This document shows, in pieces, positions 12,235-25,300 of a stretch of 64,000 bases of DNA. Under the pieces are notes generated by a model. It ran no database searches. It worked only from the letters and a program-made list of their open reading frames with translations, and was not told the DNA's origin. This stretch comes from Antedon mediterranea (Eukaryota; Animalia; Echinodermata): assembly GCF_964355755.1 (NCBI RefSeq), contig NC_092676.1, positions 1,307,788-1,371,787 of the forward strand. Direction: 5' to 3'. Position 1 is the first letter of the stretch; each line of letters begins with the position of its first letter. The translations under genes were made by a program, and so were the position numbers.

Positions 12235-15200
12235 ATGGCGGAAATAGACGGTATGGTTACTGTAAACACGAATTATTGTGTTGTAATTTAGATACAATTT
12301 GTTTATATTTTACATTAACTCATTTGTATATCGTATAAAATATGATGAAATATAACTTTAAAGGATTAAATCAATTTTGTATTAGCTTTATGCTTTATAA
12401 TTGCTAGGCTAGCCTAGCTAGTAGGGTAGGCCTAAACTTAAACTAGCCTAGCCTACTTCTACTACTACTACTAGCCTATAGCCTAGTATTATACTATAGG
12501 CCTGGCTAGGCTAGATTTTTTTAGCTAGGGCCTAGGCACCCCTACCTTCCTCTGGGCCTTTAGTACTGTACTCTCTCTACTAGTAGTGCATGCCCTACTG
12601 TACTGCTCCACAAGTCGTTGAAAACATGTTTTGAATGAAAAAGTGAAAAGAATTGGCCTAGCCTACTTCTACTACTAGTACTAGGCCTAGGCCTAGAAAT
12701 AAAAGTAATTAAAAGTTTTAGACTTTTAAAGACATTTTACTTTAATTAATATTTTTATTTAAAAATGTTTAATTTCAGATGGTCCTCCTCCTTTGGAGGA
12801 TATGACAGAAGTTCTTGAAAAATTGAATAAAGTAAAATTGAAGGTTCGGGAATCAAGCAAATCAACAAACCCAGTCGTAAAGAGTACAGCGCCGCCACCG
12901 GAGCACAAAGGTCAAGCGAAAGGTCAACCTAAGCCAACAAAGAATGCTGCAGTATGTTGATGACATTGACTAATTCATGTGTACTTTCCCTACTAACTTT
13001 CTTACTGGAGCTAAAGCTTATTTGGATTTCTTCCATCTTATTATCTGTTTTTACTTATAATCTGTATTCATTTGTATGATATTTAAAATAAAATGAATAC
13101 ATTTATTATTTTATATTTTATAGGTGCAAGTTGGAAAGTCAGTTGTAATCAAATCATCAAGTTCAGATAGTACATCATTTGGAGGAATGAGAAAGGGATT
13201 TTTATTCAATTCCGGCAAATCAAAACCGCAAACAAAATCAAAAGTACAAAGTGAAAACCCGAAAACAATTCCTGATTCAGAAGTGAAAACTTCAAATGAC
13301 AATATTACAGTACTTAAACCAAAGAAAGAGACGACAAACCAGCATGAGATTGCAGAGGTGCAGGAAGCCATGAAAGAAACAATCCCATCTTGGCTTGAAA
13401 ATAAAAGTTGGATTACGGGCGATTTACTGGCAACCATTGAGAAGCATCCGAAACTTGCTGAACAGATTCAAAAACCAAAATTTGCAATGGCCGTGGCGAG
13501 GTTTCAGGATAGCCCGCAAAAAGCTATGAGTGACTTCCAACATGATCCCGAACTGCAACAGTTTTTTAAAGAATTTTTCTCAGTTTTAGGTGAATAATTT
13601 ATTTTTAATAATAATAATTAATTAATTGGAACTTTTGTATCAGTGGCAAACTTCATTACATTACAAAAAACTTAATGTATTTAAAAATCAATTTGTCTAG
13701 GTGACCATTTCATTTGTTTTTTGTTGTCTAGGTGACCATTTTATTTGTTTTTTGTTGTCTAGGTGACCATTTTATTTGTTTTTTGTTGTCTAGGTGACCA
13801 TTTCATTTGTTTTTTGTTGTCTAGGTGACCATTTCATTTGTTTTTTTGTTGTCTAGGTGACCATTTCATTTGTTTTTTGTTGTCTAGGTGACCATTTCAT
13901 TTGTTTTTTGTTGTCTAGGTGACCATTTTATTTGTTTTTTGTTGTTTAGGTGACCATTTTACTTGTTTTTTGTTGACTAGGTGACCATTTTACTTGTTTT
14001 TTGTTGTCTTAGTGACCATTTTATTTGTTTTTTGTTGTTTAGGTGACCATTTTACTTGTTTTTTGTTGGTTGTTTAGGTGACCATTTTACTTGTTTTTTG
14101 TTGTCTATGTGACCATTTTATCTGTTTTTTTGTTGTCTAGGTGACCATTTCATTTGTTTTTTGTTGTCTAGGTGACCATTTCATTTGTTTTTTGTTGTCT
14201 AGGTGACCATTTCATCTGTTTTTTGTTGTCTAGGTGACCATTTCATTTGTTTTTTGTTGTCTAGGTGACCATTTCATTTGTTTTTTGTTGTCTAGGTGAC
14301 CATTTTACTTGTTTTTTGTTGTTTAGGTGACCATTTTACTTGTTTTTTGTTGACTATGTGACCATTTTACTTGTTTTTTGTTGTCTTAGTGACCATTTTA
14401 TTTGTTTTTTGTTGTTTAGGTGACCATTTTACTTGTTTTTTGTTGAGTAGGTGACCATTTTACTTGTTTTTTGTTGTCTAGGTGACCATTTTATTTGTTT
14501 TTTGTTGTCTAGGTGACCATTTTACTTGTTTTTTGTTGTCTAGGTGACCATTTTATTTGTTTTTTGTTGTCTAGGTGACCATTTTACTTGTTTTTTGTTG
14601 TCTAGGTGACCATTTTACTTGTTTTTTGTTGTCTAGGTGACCATTTTATTTGTTTTTTGTTGTCTAGGTGACCATTTCATTTGTTTTTTGTTGTCTAGGT
14701 GACCATTTTACAAAACTTGGAGATTCACAGACAAATCCGACTAATTATGATGCAATGAATTGTGGGAATTCTGGTATAAGAGTGCACGAGGGTTCAGCAG
14801 ATATTGCCCCACAATGCAGCAGTAGTAACAAACTTAATCAAAGTACACAAGAGGATGAGATACGAATGCAAAAGATTCTTGAAGATCCAGAAATTCGAGA
14901 AGTTTTAGCAGATACTAGAATCCAAAGACTTTTTGAGATGTTACGCAAAGAACCGCACAAAGTTCAAGGGTAACATTTTTTTCAAACTTTCCAATAAACG
15001 ATTATGAAAGAATTAAGCAGGAAATTTATTACAGTACTAGCAAAATGAGTTACCAAACATGCAAACATGCAAATCCGTTAGTACTGTTAATTATTTCTAG
15101 AATAAGTTTAATTTACAAACTAATGAAACACAATGTACCAAAAATGTTATTTCTGTTGTTTCAGATTATTACAAAGAGCAAGTGCAGATCTCAAGCCAAA

Positions 15201-15246
15201 AGTTCAAAGGTTAGTTGACTGTGGACTTCTTGATTATCAACGATAA
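12235..15246 (+). CDS. Uncharacterised protein with two STI1/DP-like helical modules
   Basis: Exons 12235-12250, 12779-12951, 13124-13589, 14699-14969, 15165-15246 join in frame with GT-AG ends. DGPPPLEDM N-terminus, FGGMRKGFL motif, STI1-like segments (PKFAMAVARFQDSPQKAMSDFQHDPELQQFF; ILEDPEIREVLADTRIQRLFEML..VQRLVDCGLL). Confidence 0.75.
13691..14712 (+). repeat. 31-bp tandem array made of the 3' splice site plus first bases of the next exon
   Basis: About 33 copies of TTGTTTTTTGTTGTCTAG|GTGACCATTTYA; the first AG is at 13699-13700 and the last (functional) AG at 14697-14698. Confidence 0.95.
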
Positions 15247-15351
15247 TGGAGCCATGTATGCAATTGAATCGGTGGACTGCAAACTTGGAGCTGCTTACAA
15301 TTCAATCTGTGTGTGTTTTAAAATTGATGAATTCTAAAGTGACTACTACAG

Positions 15352-15427
15352 TATGTAGCCAATCACGGCAGACGTAGGTGCCCTACTATGTAGCCAATCA
15401 CAGCGGACGTACTGTAGGTGTCCTACT
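15352..15427. repeat. Short ~40-bp tandem repeat, 3 copies, in putative 3' UTR
   Basis: TATGTAGCCAATCACAGCGGACGTACTGTAGGTGTCCTAC-like units. Confidence 0.7.
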
Positions 15428-16334
15428 ATGTAGCCAATCACAGCGGACGTACTGTAGGTGTCCTAACTGTATTATGTTTCTTTAACTGTCATTTCTTCAT
15501 TCTGCACAACACAATCAAGAGCTCTAAGGCAGATTTGTTTTATTAAAAATGTGAAACACAACCTTGACCTGCCCGCTCAGGAAAAGAACATGTCTCAAAA
15601 CTTAAGTTATTTTATGAATCTTTTTAATCTGTTTTAATTGAAGTTTTTACTGCACTTAATTTCAGCAATTATGTATAAATGTTAATAAATGAGATTCCCT
15701 TGTTGATTTCAACTCATAATGCAGCGTACTGGCCGTAGTGGTGTCCTGCTTTGCGGTAGCTTAAATTAAGTCATCACCGGAACCGGAAAATTAGTACAAT
15801 AAAAGCAATCTCCTTGACAATAAAGCATTTTGTTTTAAAAATGAAAATTGAAACAAAAGAATAAAGATTTGTACTTAACATTATATTATTTTTTACTTTC
15901 AATATTTTTTATTAAAATTACAGTTGTTTACATATAATATGATACAACATTCCATCTTTAATATTGTTAACAACATTTTACCATACCTCTACAATTGCAG
16001 GGAAATAATAAATAAAACTTCAAACAGCATCAAGGTGGTGTTTATTTACAACAATGTCTACAGTGGGTTAAGTACACCATTTAATTATAATGTACATTAA
16101 ATTCATACCCTTAGCATTATAAGATTATTTAAATAATATATACCCATTACAACATTATATTGGGTACATAGTACATTCTGCAATGTATAAATCTTTATAA
16201 AAAACATTAAATTTTAACTGAAAATCAGTAATTTAAAAAAAAAAGATAAATATTGTCATTTTGATCTGGCCAGAATATGTCAATATAGTATCCGTTTATA
16301 GGGCTAAAAAGAACTAGGACCAGTACATGTCCAT

Positions 16335-19300
16335 TTACTCGGGCAATAAATCATCGCCAAGCTCTATTTCTGCAAATCCGTCTTCTGCCGTATCGCGTTT
16401 TCGAGCAGCTGTTTTTGGTCTCTCCATTGACGGTCCAAGAGGGTCGACGTATGAGGCATCTGTATAAAAAAAAAAAAAACATAGTTGAAACGCAGAGACT
16501 ATTTGTATTATGTGTTATACAAATTTAATATTAACAAATAGGAAACAATAGCTTTAATACTATAAGCATTTACTACGCACTGGGAGGGGTTAGGGGAGTA
16601 AAACATAACATACCAACGGTTCTTTCCTCTGATTCATACGGTCCATCGGCACTTGGTAAGCTCCTCATGCCACTGCCGCCTTTTGTACGCCTTGCACTAT
16701 TCTGACGGCTACTTCCAGCACTTCCACCGCGACCAGAATCTGAAGTATAATTGATGATGATTTAACATCTATTAACAAAGATGACTAAGTGAGTCAAGCA
16801 GCTTACATCTGGGTTTTTTTTGTTCATTATAATAGTGAAATTTCATTAATTTCATTTTCACATGAACGCTAATAATTAAACATTTATTGGGTATAACACA
16901 CAATTACTCAACAAGTCGGGAAAAACAAAACTTTCAAGACAAGTAAGAACTAGGAGGCATAGTTTGCAAGAACTTTGTGACTGTAGAAGAACGTAGTTAC
17001 GACCAACCTCCTGTGCATAGCCAACTGGTGAGTTTTGTTAATGTATTAATAGTGCTAACTTACCACCATCTAAGTCTTCACTTCTAGCACTTCCCCCTCC
17101 ATCAGATTCTGTGGTTAGTATGGTGAACATGAGATGAAATGGTCAAGTGCATGATATCAGTATGTGCATCACATGTTAAATATAAAGCATCACATGATAA
17201 CTTACAAATATCACATGATAAATTGTAAACATCACATGGTTAATATAAAGCATCACATGATAACTTACAAATATCACATAATAAATTGTAAACCTCACAT
17301 GATTAACTATAAAGCATCACATGATAACTTACAAATATCACATGATAAATTGTAAACATCATATGTTTAAATATATAGCATCCCATGATAACTTAAAAAT
17401 ATTACATGACAAATTGTAAACATCACATGGTTAAAAACTACATGAAATGTCACATGATCAATTTTGCATAATTATGATCGAAAAAATAATCTACCAATAA
17501 CCAAAACTGTGGTATTTATCTATTAAGGACACAACTGGTGCAAGGACAGGGTTTGTTAGTAAACATCAAAATGGTCACTATATACTATGTGGCACTATTT
17601 ACTTGGCAACGTCTAAAAATCTTTGGTATGAATCCCAGATCAAGCTTTAGGGAAAATATCATTTGTTAATTCTGTTCTTATAGGTAATTTGAGAGCTTAG
17701 GAAGAGGCATGGAAACCTAGGGAAGGGGTGTGGCAACCTATTAAGCCATGAAATTATGAATGTGCTAATTTTTGTTAATGATAATTAAAATGAATTCCAG
17801 GACCACATGAACTACAGTGCATTTATCTCTCAATACGATGTTCAACCTACCTGCACTGCCGCCTCTACTCCTACCACTGCCTGCCCGGCCACTCCCAGCC
17901 CGGCCACTACCTGCACGCCCACTTCCAGCACGCCCACTACTAGCTCGCTGTTAACAAATATAAACAAGTTAATAAAAAGGTAATTTCTCACATAAATACA
18001 AACAAAATTGTCTTTGTTTTCACTATAGTGTAGTGTAAGCCATGATTTTCTTGGTAATTCATTTTTTTAAACTTTTTATCAACATAAAGCCTATTGATAA
18101 CTTGCACAATTTAACTACACATGCTTTTGTTTACAATTCACACCATGCAATACAGTTATTTAAAAGCTTACAAAAAGCTACTAAAAGTCAACAATAATAA
18201 TTTATTAGCACTGCACTTATGTATCAGTCAGGGCACACTTCAACTTGTGAAGGTGCGTCCAAATAACAACTATTACTATCTCAAAAGCAGTTCTAACTTA
18301 TTCTTCATGCATTTGTAACATATCTACGAATAATCAATATTTATATAAAAAATTCATTTTTGTGAGATGAAAAATTCATTTTTGTGAGATGAAAAATTCA
18401 TTTTTGTGAGATGACAATTATTAATATCAAACAATAGAATGTTGAAGAAGATTGCTGTAAAGTTGATAAATTACATTTTTTTATTCTAAAATGTTTTTGT
18501 TTCTAAAATACAGTTAGGATGTCGAAGCAAGTCTACAGTAATACTAAACTACATAACAATGCCATACATAGTATGTTTATTTTTGATACTATAAGAAATG
18601 CCATACACGTTACATGTATGTTTAGCTATCAATTGTTTGATACTACTGTATAACAAATGCCATACACGTTACATGTATGTTTAATTATCAATTGTTTGAT
18701 ATCATCACCTCTCTTTCAATATCCTCTGGATGGAGCTTTTCAAGTAGGAAAAATAAAACAATTAAGGGCATGCAGGGAAACAAAGGATTTAAAATTAAAT
18801 TAAAAACAATAATTAATGTTTTTGGATTGTACATAAATACACTGTGGGAGAGGAGCAGGGGATGTATGCGGATAGTTTTTGGAGGCGACAACAAATACAA
18901 GATAAAAACCGGAGTAAATCATGGTAAAAAAAAAGAATACCTTTGTTTATTGATTAGTATTGATTGAATAGTAGTGTTATTTAAAAAGACAAATATCAGA
19001 ATTTATATATTTAGAATTTCAATCTTTTTTTAGAAATTAAATAAGACCAACTGGCTCACCTGTTCTCTCAACTCCTTTGCTTTCTCAGCCTTTTTAAGTT
19101 TGGTGGCGTAATCCTGCGCCTCTTTTAAACCAAGATCAGTAGTTATTCGAACTAAGAATTTTAAACCTAAAAGTTTAAAAACAAAAATTGTAAGTAAATA
19201 TATATATAGGGTTACATGTTTAAAACACTTGTGCTTATTTTGTATCCCATTCCATTATCATTTTTATTGTATTTGTATGTTTTTATTTTGATTATTGAAT

Positions 19301-22300
19301 AAAAATGTCGATGATTGATTGAATATAATTAGTACAGTACTTAGTGCAAAGTATCCACAACATTATGACTAGATTTTTCTATACAATTCTGTGTATTATT
19401 TTTTATTTGTTTCTTCATTTAGCACACAAGTGTCCATCTGTAGGATGTCTACAGAAGCATGTGCTAAGCATGGTCTAAGCATGTGCTAAGCATGTGTGTA
19501 GAATGTGTGTAGAATGTTTAAAATATAGGACAACTCACATTCAGTATTATCTGGGAACTTCTTATGTATAGATTTGTACGTTTCCAACGCTTGTTGGTAA
19601 TTCCCTGAAAAAAAATTTATTTTGTTACGTTATTTATTATTGTTTAGTATTTAGGATTAATTATACAAAAAGAGGGCAAAAACATATAGAAAACTTTGTA
19701 GCTACTGCTTCCTTTAAAATGAAAACATTCCATATCAAAATGTATTACAGTCAACTCTCCCAATACCGGACACCTTTGGGCCGGCCAAATAAGTCTGGTT
19801 TTCCGGAAAGTCTGGTATTCGGAATGTGTTTTTAATGGTAAATATAAATTTGGGACCTTTTGGTCCTCAAAAAAAGTCTGGTATTGGGAGAGTTTCTGGT
19901 TTTAGAGAGTCCGGTATTGGGAGAGTTGACTGTAACAGTAAGAATCTATGATCCATCTATGATCAAACTGACTAATCAATTGTTCCACAATGAATACAAT
20001 ACTGTATACTAAAGCTCTATCTACACTATCAAACTTGTTTGACAAAAAAAGTGTGATGTGCCCAAATATGGTTGTGATATGCTTAAATATGGTAGTGAAA
20101 ACATCATCATGTCTATATATGAGCACATTGTTTTGTCACATAAAGTTTGATAGTGTAGACAGAGCTTAAAACAAGAGATATTCACCACTTCTGCGATGAC
20201 AGCTAGCTATCATCAGACGCCATTTTACTTGGTTTGGTTGTATTACAGCTGCCCTTTCAAAGAACTGGATTGCCTTCTCCACAAACTGAGAGTCTATGAA
20301 GTATGCACCTAGCCACTCAATTATTGAAATGTTTGATGGGAAATATCGGTACGACTACAAAAGAAAAATTATCATTTTGGTAATGGTTGGTTGATGGTTG
20401 AATGTCCAAACCCATAGCCATATCGGTACACATTCAAGGCGTTTCTCAACCATAGTTCTTCTGGTACCAAGGGTCCTGGGTTCAAGTCCCGTCACAGGTC
20501 AGGATTTTTTCTAAGGACAAAATTACAACTCCACTCCCAAAGACTTGTAATAAGACTGTTTATGTAGAGCATCTTGTGTATATGTTTGTCTTGTGAACCT
20601 TTGAGGGTCCCTAATGACCAGCAATTACTGGATGGATCACCCTCATTAAATATGGTTTTAAAAAAAAGGACTTAAAACTGAAGTTACATTCTAGTGTACC
20701 CATCTGGTTCATGTGCACTTTAAAGAGTAGGGGTTTACTCTAGTGTAATGATTCATCTTAGCCATTAAATGAGTGCTATTTGTAAACACAAAGTGACTTT
20801 TAGGTCGTTTTATGATAACCATTACATTTACCTCGTAATGATATTGGTATGCTTGTGATTTGTCGCCCTCATTGTCATATAGCTCACCGAGTTTTGCTAG
20901 AATAGCCGGGTCTGATGGTACAATTCCTATCAATTGCATGTACCATTCTGTAGCCTGAGGAACATCGTCTAAAAGGTCATATCTATGTGTATAGTGTCAA
21001 AGGTCAAATGCAGTCAAATATCATAGATTCAAAGGTAATCAAATGTAAAACAGGCTGTAATTTTAAATTAAGTGGACATTTGTATTTAAAATTTAGTGTT
21101 GTAGTGTAAATACTAAAAATGTACATGTACAGTAATAAAAATCAAAGGTGCCTTTAACACTGTGTTATATATTTAAACAAAAGTAATAAAGTGAAATCTC
21201 CCATTGGCCTAATACTGGACTCTCTGAAAACTGGAAACTCTCCCAAAACCAGACATTTAGGCTAGCCTAGGTGAGAGTGAACTGTTCATCATGTAACATA
21301 GTTACAATGGATAACAACAGAAGGATACAGAGTAGCTATTTGGTAGATGACCTCAGCGCTGTTTCTCAGGATTGCGTGTAATTTATGGAAACAATCCAAC
21401 GCTGATTCATTCTGACCTAAACGTTTGTTTACAAGACCTGAAAATAACATTTTACAAAATTTAAATATTTGAATTATCTCCATCTTGAATATTAAGCTCT
21501 GTCTACAAACTAGTTTGACAAAAAATGTGTGATGTGCTCAAATATGGTAGTGATATGATATCACCATGTCCATATATGGGCACATCACATTTTGTTGTAA
21601 CATAAAGTTTGATAGTTAAACTCCCACATTTTGATGTATTTACCAGATGAAATGGTTACATGTCTTCCATGTTTTTATTTGTATCTATTTAATTCAACTC
21701 ATGGTATTTAAGCTCACCTAAGTTATACAACGCCTCTGTACAAGAGGACTCCGTACGCAAGGCCTCACGGTAATACTCCATCGCCTTCTCAAATTTGCCA
21801 TCCTTGTATATACAGTTTCCTTTGTTTACCAGAGCTGAAATATACGATAAATTAAGACTTTTAGTTTGTCTGCCAGTTCTTTTGATTTTTTTTTTATATT
21901 TCACTCAGAGGCTCCTCACAAGGCACAGTCTTGAGGAGCCTCTGCAACAAATAACAAATATGAGCTAAGCAACAGAAGGTGAAAATATATAACAAAATCT
22001 AAATAGTAAATCTTTTGTTTAGTTCTTTAGTTTAGTCTTATTAGTTATGGTTCAGAATAGTTAATTTGTAAAAAAACTAATAACCAACATTTATAACACT
22101 ATAATTAGAAATTTATTAGCTTTTTTTTTGTGGCCCACTGCAAATTATTTGTAATCTAATAATTCCTACAATAAAATAAACTTTTTCTGAGCAAAGACAT
22201 ACCACTTGGGTTATAGCGGTCTGACACCATTGCCAACTCAGCATACTTGTCTGCCTGTCTATGATCACCTTGAAGAAAGTAGAGAAACGACAGATTATTG

Positions 22301-25300
22301 GCCGCGACTGCCGCACACTTCGTGTCTTTCTTCTCAAACGACTTCAGTACGTCGACTGCCATTTGGAACTCTTTCTGTTTCAAGTACATTATTGCTTTGT
22401 TAATCTCTAAATCATTTGACATTTCTGTGAAAGGTGACTGCTTCACACAGTCAACACACCTGTAAACAAAATGATGGAAAGATTAAAGAAATGTTGAGTA
22501 CATGAACTATGATATATAGAGGAATTAATTTATAGAAATTGACCACAATGAAATAAAGTTTCTATGTTAAATAAGAAAGAATGTAATACCAGTCATAGCC
22601 TGCAGAAAATGTTGCCTCAATAGAAGGAGCAATTAGTTTAGCAGCTGCCATCACGCAGCGTTCCAATTCTGCTTTCCTGAAATTGAAAGAAAAAAAAAAC
22701 AAGTTAGATAAGCAGCTACAAAACCTTAAAGAATAATAGTTTCTTTTATAATATACTTTTTTTATTTATTTAAATACCCCTCCACTTAAAATGTGAAATA
22801 ATATATATAATATTTACTTTTGTTTTTCTTTCTCTCGTAAAGTGTCATTCTTGATGACTTCTAGAATCAGATTTGCATGTTTGTCATCCTAGAAAAATAA
22901 TAAAAAAATAGATTATTTTACACTGTACTGTTGTTGTTCAATAACTATATATACTGTAGATATACTCAGACAGGCATGTTGCTGGAGAAGTACATTGTGT
23001 CGAAAAGTTACAGATGGCTTGGAAAAACATATTAAAAGTACTTCCAGGTACATTTTGTTACAAGTTGTTTAAAATCATAGAATTTTAAATAAGTGTAACA
23101 TTTCTCTTCTTCTACGTACAGGATGTGGAAGATATTTGTCTTCATCATCAATCTTAAGGTCAACTTGTAAGAGACGTTGAAATGTTCTCTTCATCTTGTC
23201 TCGATCACCGGTAGCAAAGTAACAAAGAATGAGGTTAAAGGCCGTCTTGGGGTCAGGTCGTTCAGACATAATGTGTTCAAGAGATGTTATTGCATCACTG
23301 TATTGACCCATCTTAATGAACACAGTCCCAATGTTCTGCATTATACGTATTCTGCAATTAATAACATTTCAAGCAATTAATTCAAAAGGTAATAGCAAGT
23401 AGCCAAGCGGTTAAGACAGTGGAACCGTAATATGTAGCCATAACATTGGCAAGACTTCAAGGCTTACTCGCTCCATGGTTCTGGTGGTAGAACGGGTCTT
23501 CTCGGAGTAGGACTATAAACTGTGGGTCTAGCTGATGTGCACTTTAAAGAACCTAGTACATCTTTCGAGATGAGTAGAGGTTACTCTGGTGTACTAGTTC
23601 ACACACAGCCACTGTCACAAACTAATCATATATATACACTGGGCCCTCTGGGAGAACAGTCTTAGACTGAAGAGGCTACCCAGTATAAAGAATAAATAAA
23701 TAAATAGTGAGTGAGATTAGGGAGTGAGTAGAGAAGTGAGATTTTAATAATTCTTGTATTCTAAATTAATGATAAAATGTAATACACTTGCCTCATTTCA
23801 TTGTGTGTTTTTGGAATCTGATCAAGGGCCATACGATAGTACTTGATAGCTTTGGAAAAATTGCGTTGCTTGTAGTAGATATTACCCATATTTAGTTTTA
23901 GCCGACCTAGAAAATAACAAAAACACTAGAAAAGTTAATTTATATGATACAAATAATATTATACACACTTTTCACATCTGAAAGTTACCATTATTTTCAG
24001 TAAAGTCTACTTTTGTCATCGAAACACATAATAATTTCAAAACAGCCAACTTTATTTCCATGGCTACCAGATGTCTCTATGAAGATGGTTACTTGAAACT
24101 GTTAAGAAACACATTAAGAAACCAAAAGCTTTCCCAAATTGCTTGATCAAAGTGTCCGTACCTGCATTTGAAAACATCTTGTTCTTGACGATCACCTGAT
24201 ATGTGTTTAACGCTTCAGTGAACATCTCATTTGCTTCATACTGATTGGCTAAGTTGAACAGAATCTGAGAAAATTAAACAAATGAACTTTCAAGAATCAT
24301 AAAAAATAGAAAAAATAAATAAATACAGTAGAACTCTTATTAAATGTGTCATATCATTAACATATTTGGGCATATCACTACCATATTTGGGCATATCACT
24401 ACCATATTTGGGCATATCACTACCATATTTGGGCACATTTTTTTTGTCAAACTAGTTTGATAGTGTAGACAGAGATTAAGGATGTCTCTTGGTTCAGAGT
24501 TACTTTGCTGTGAAATACAAAAACAAAACTTGAAATGAAATCTAAATAAAACGGTTGTACTTACAGAATAAGTAAGATCTAAATTAATCTGATCGCTGGT
24601 TTGGTTCTGATCACGTTGCCTTACTAGTATTCGCTCTTTACGTCCTGCCTCTTTGGCTTTCTCCAAAGCCTACAAAGTTGGCAAAAAAAATACAAATTAA
24701 AACTCAAACAAAAACCATCTTTCATTTCATTTATTTTGTTTGACCAAAAAAAACCAATAAAAACAGGTCAGGAAAAACAAAAGAAACCTAGACCACTATG
24801 ATTCAATGAGTTAGTAATTCCTTTATACAATATAAAAATATATCAATTAAATTAAATCTATATAGAAAGAAAACGATTAGTAAATCCTTACCAAACCAAG
24901 TTCACCTCGACTATGAGCGAAACAACTAGCTTCTATAAGGTCATTGACCTGGTGTTCTAATTGCTTGATTTTTTCCTCTGGTGTATCTTCAGCCTTTGCC
25001 TCTAGAGGGGGTGCTGGTCCTCGATTTGCAGCTTGGTTAAGAGGGTCAAACGATTGACCTACACAATTAGAAATAAATAGTATTGTGAAATTCATGTTAT
25101 TTAATTGTGTCCAGAAATAGTTAATACCAAAAGATTTACTATTTAGATTTTTGTTGTTATATATTTCCACCTTCCGTTGCTAAGCTCATATTTGTTGCAG
25201 AGGCTCCTCAAGACTGTGCCTTGCAAGGAGCCTTTGAGTAAAATATTAAAATTGTAAAATATAGTATTGTGTTTTTAAGTCTTTATTGAGCTAAAGAAAT

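Noticed and set aside
24349-24475. CPNMVVI peptide repeat in the ORF track
   Set aside because: Read-through from an IFT88 exon into an intronic MITE minisatellite.
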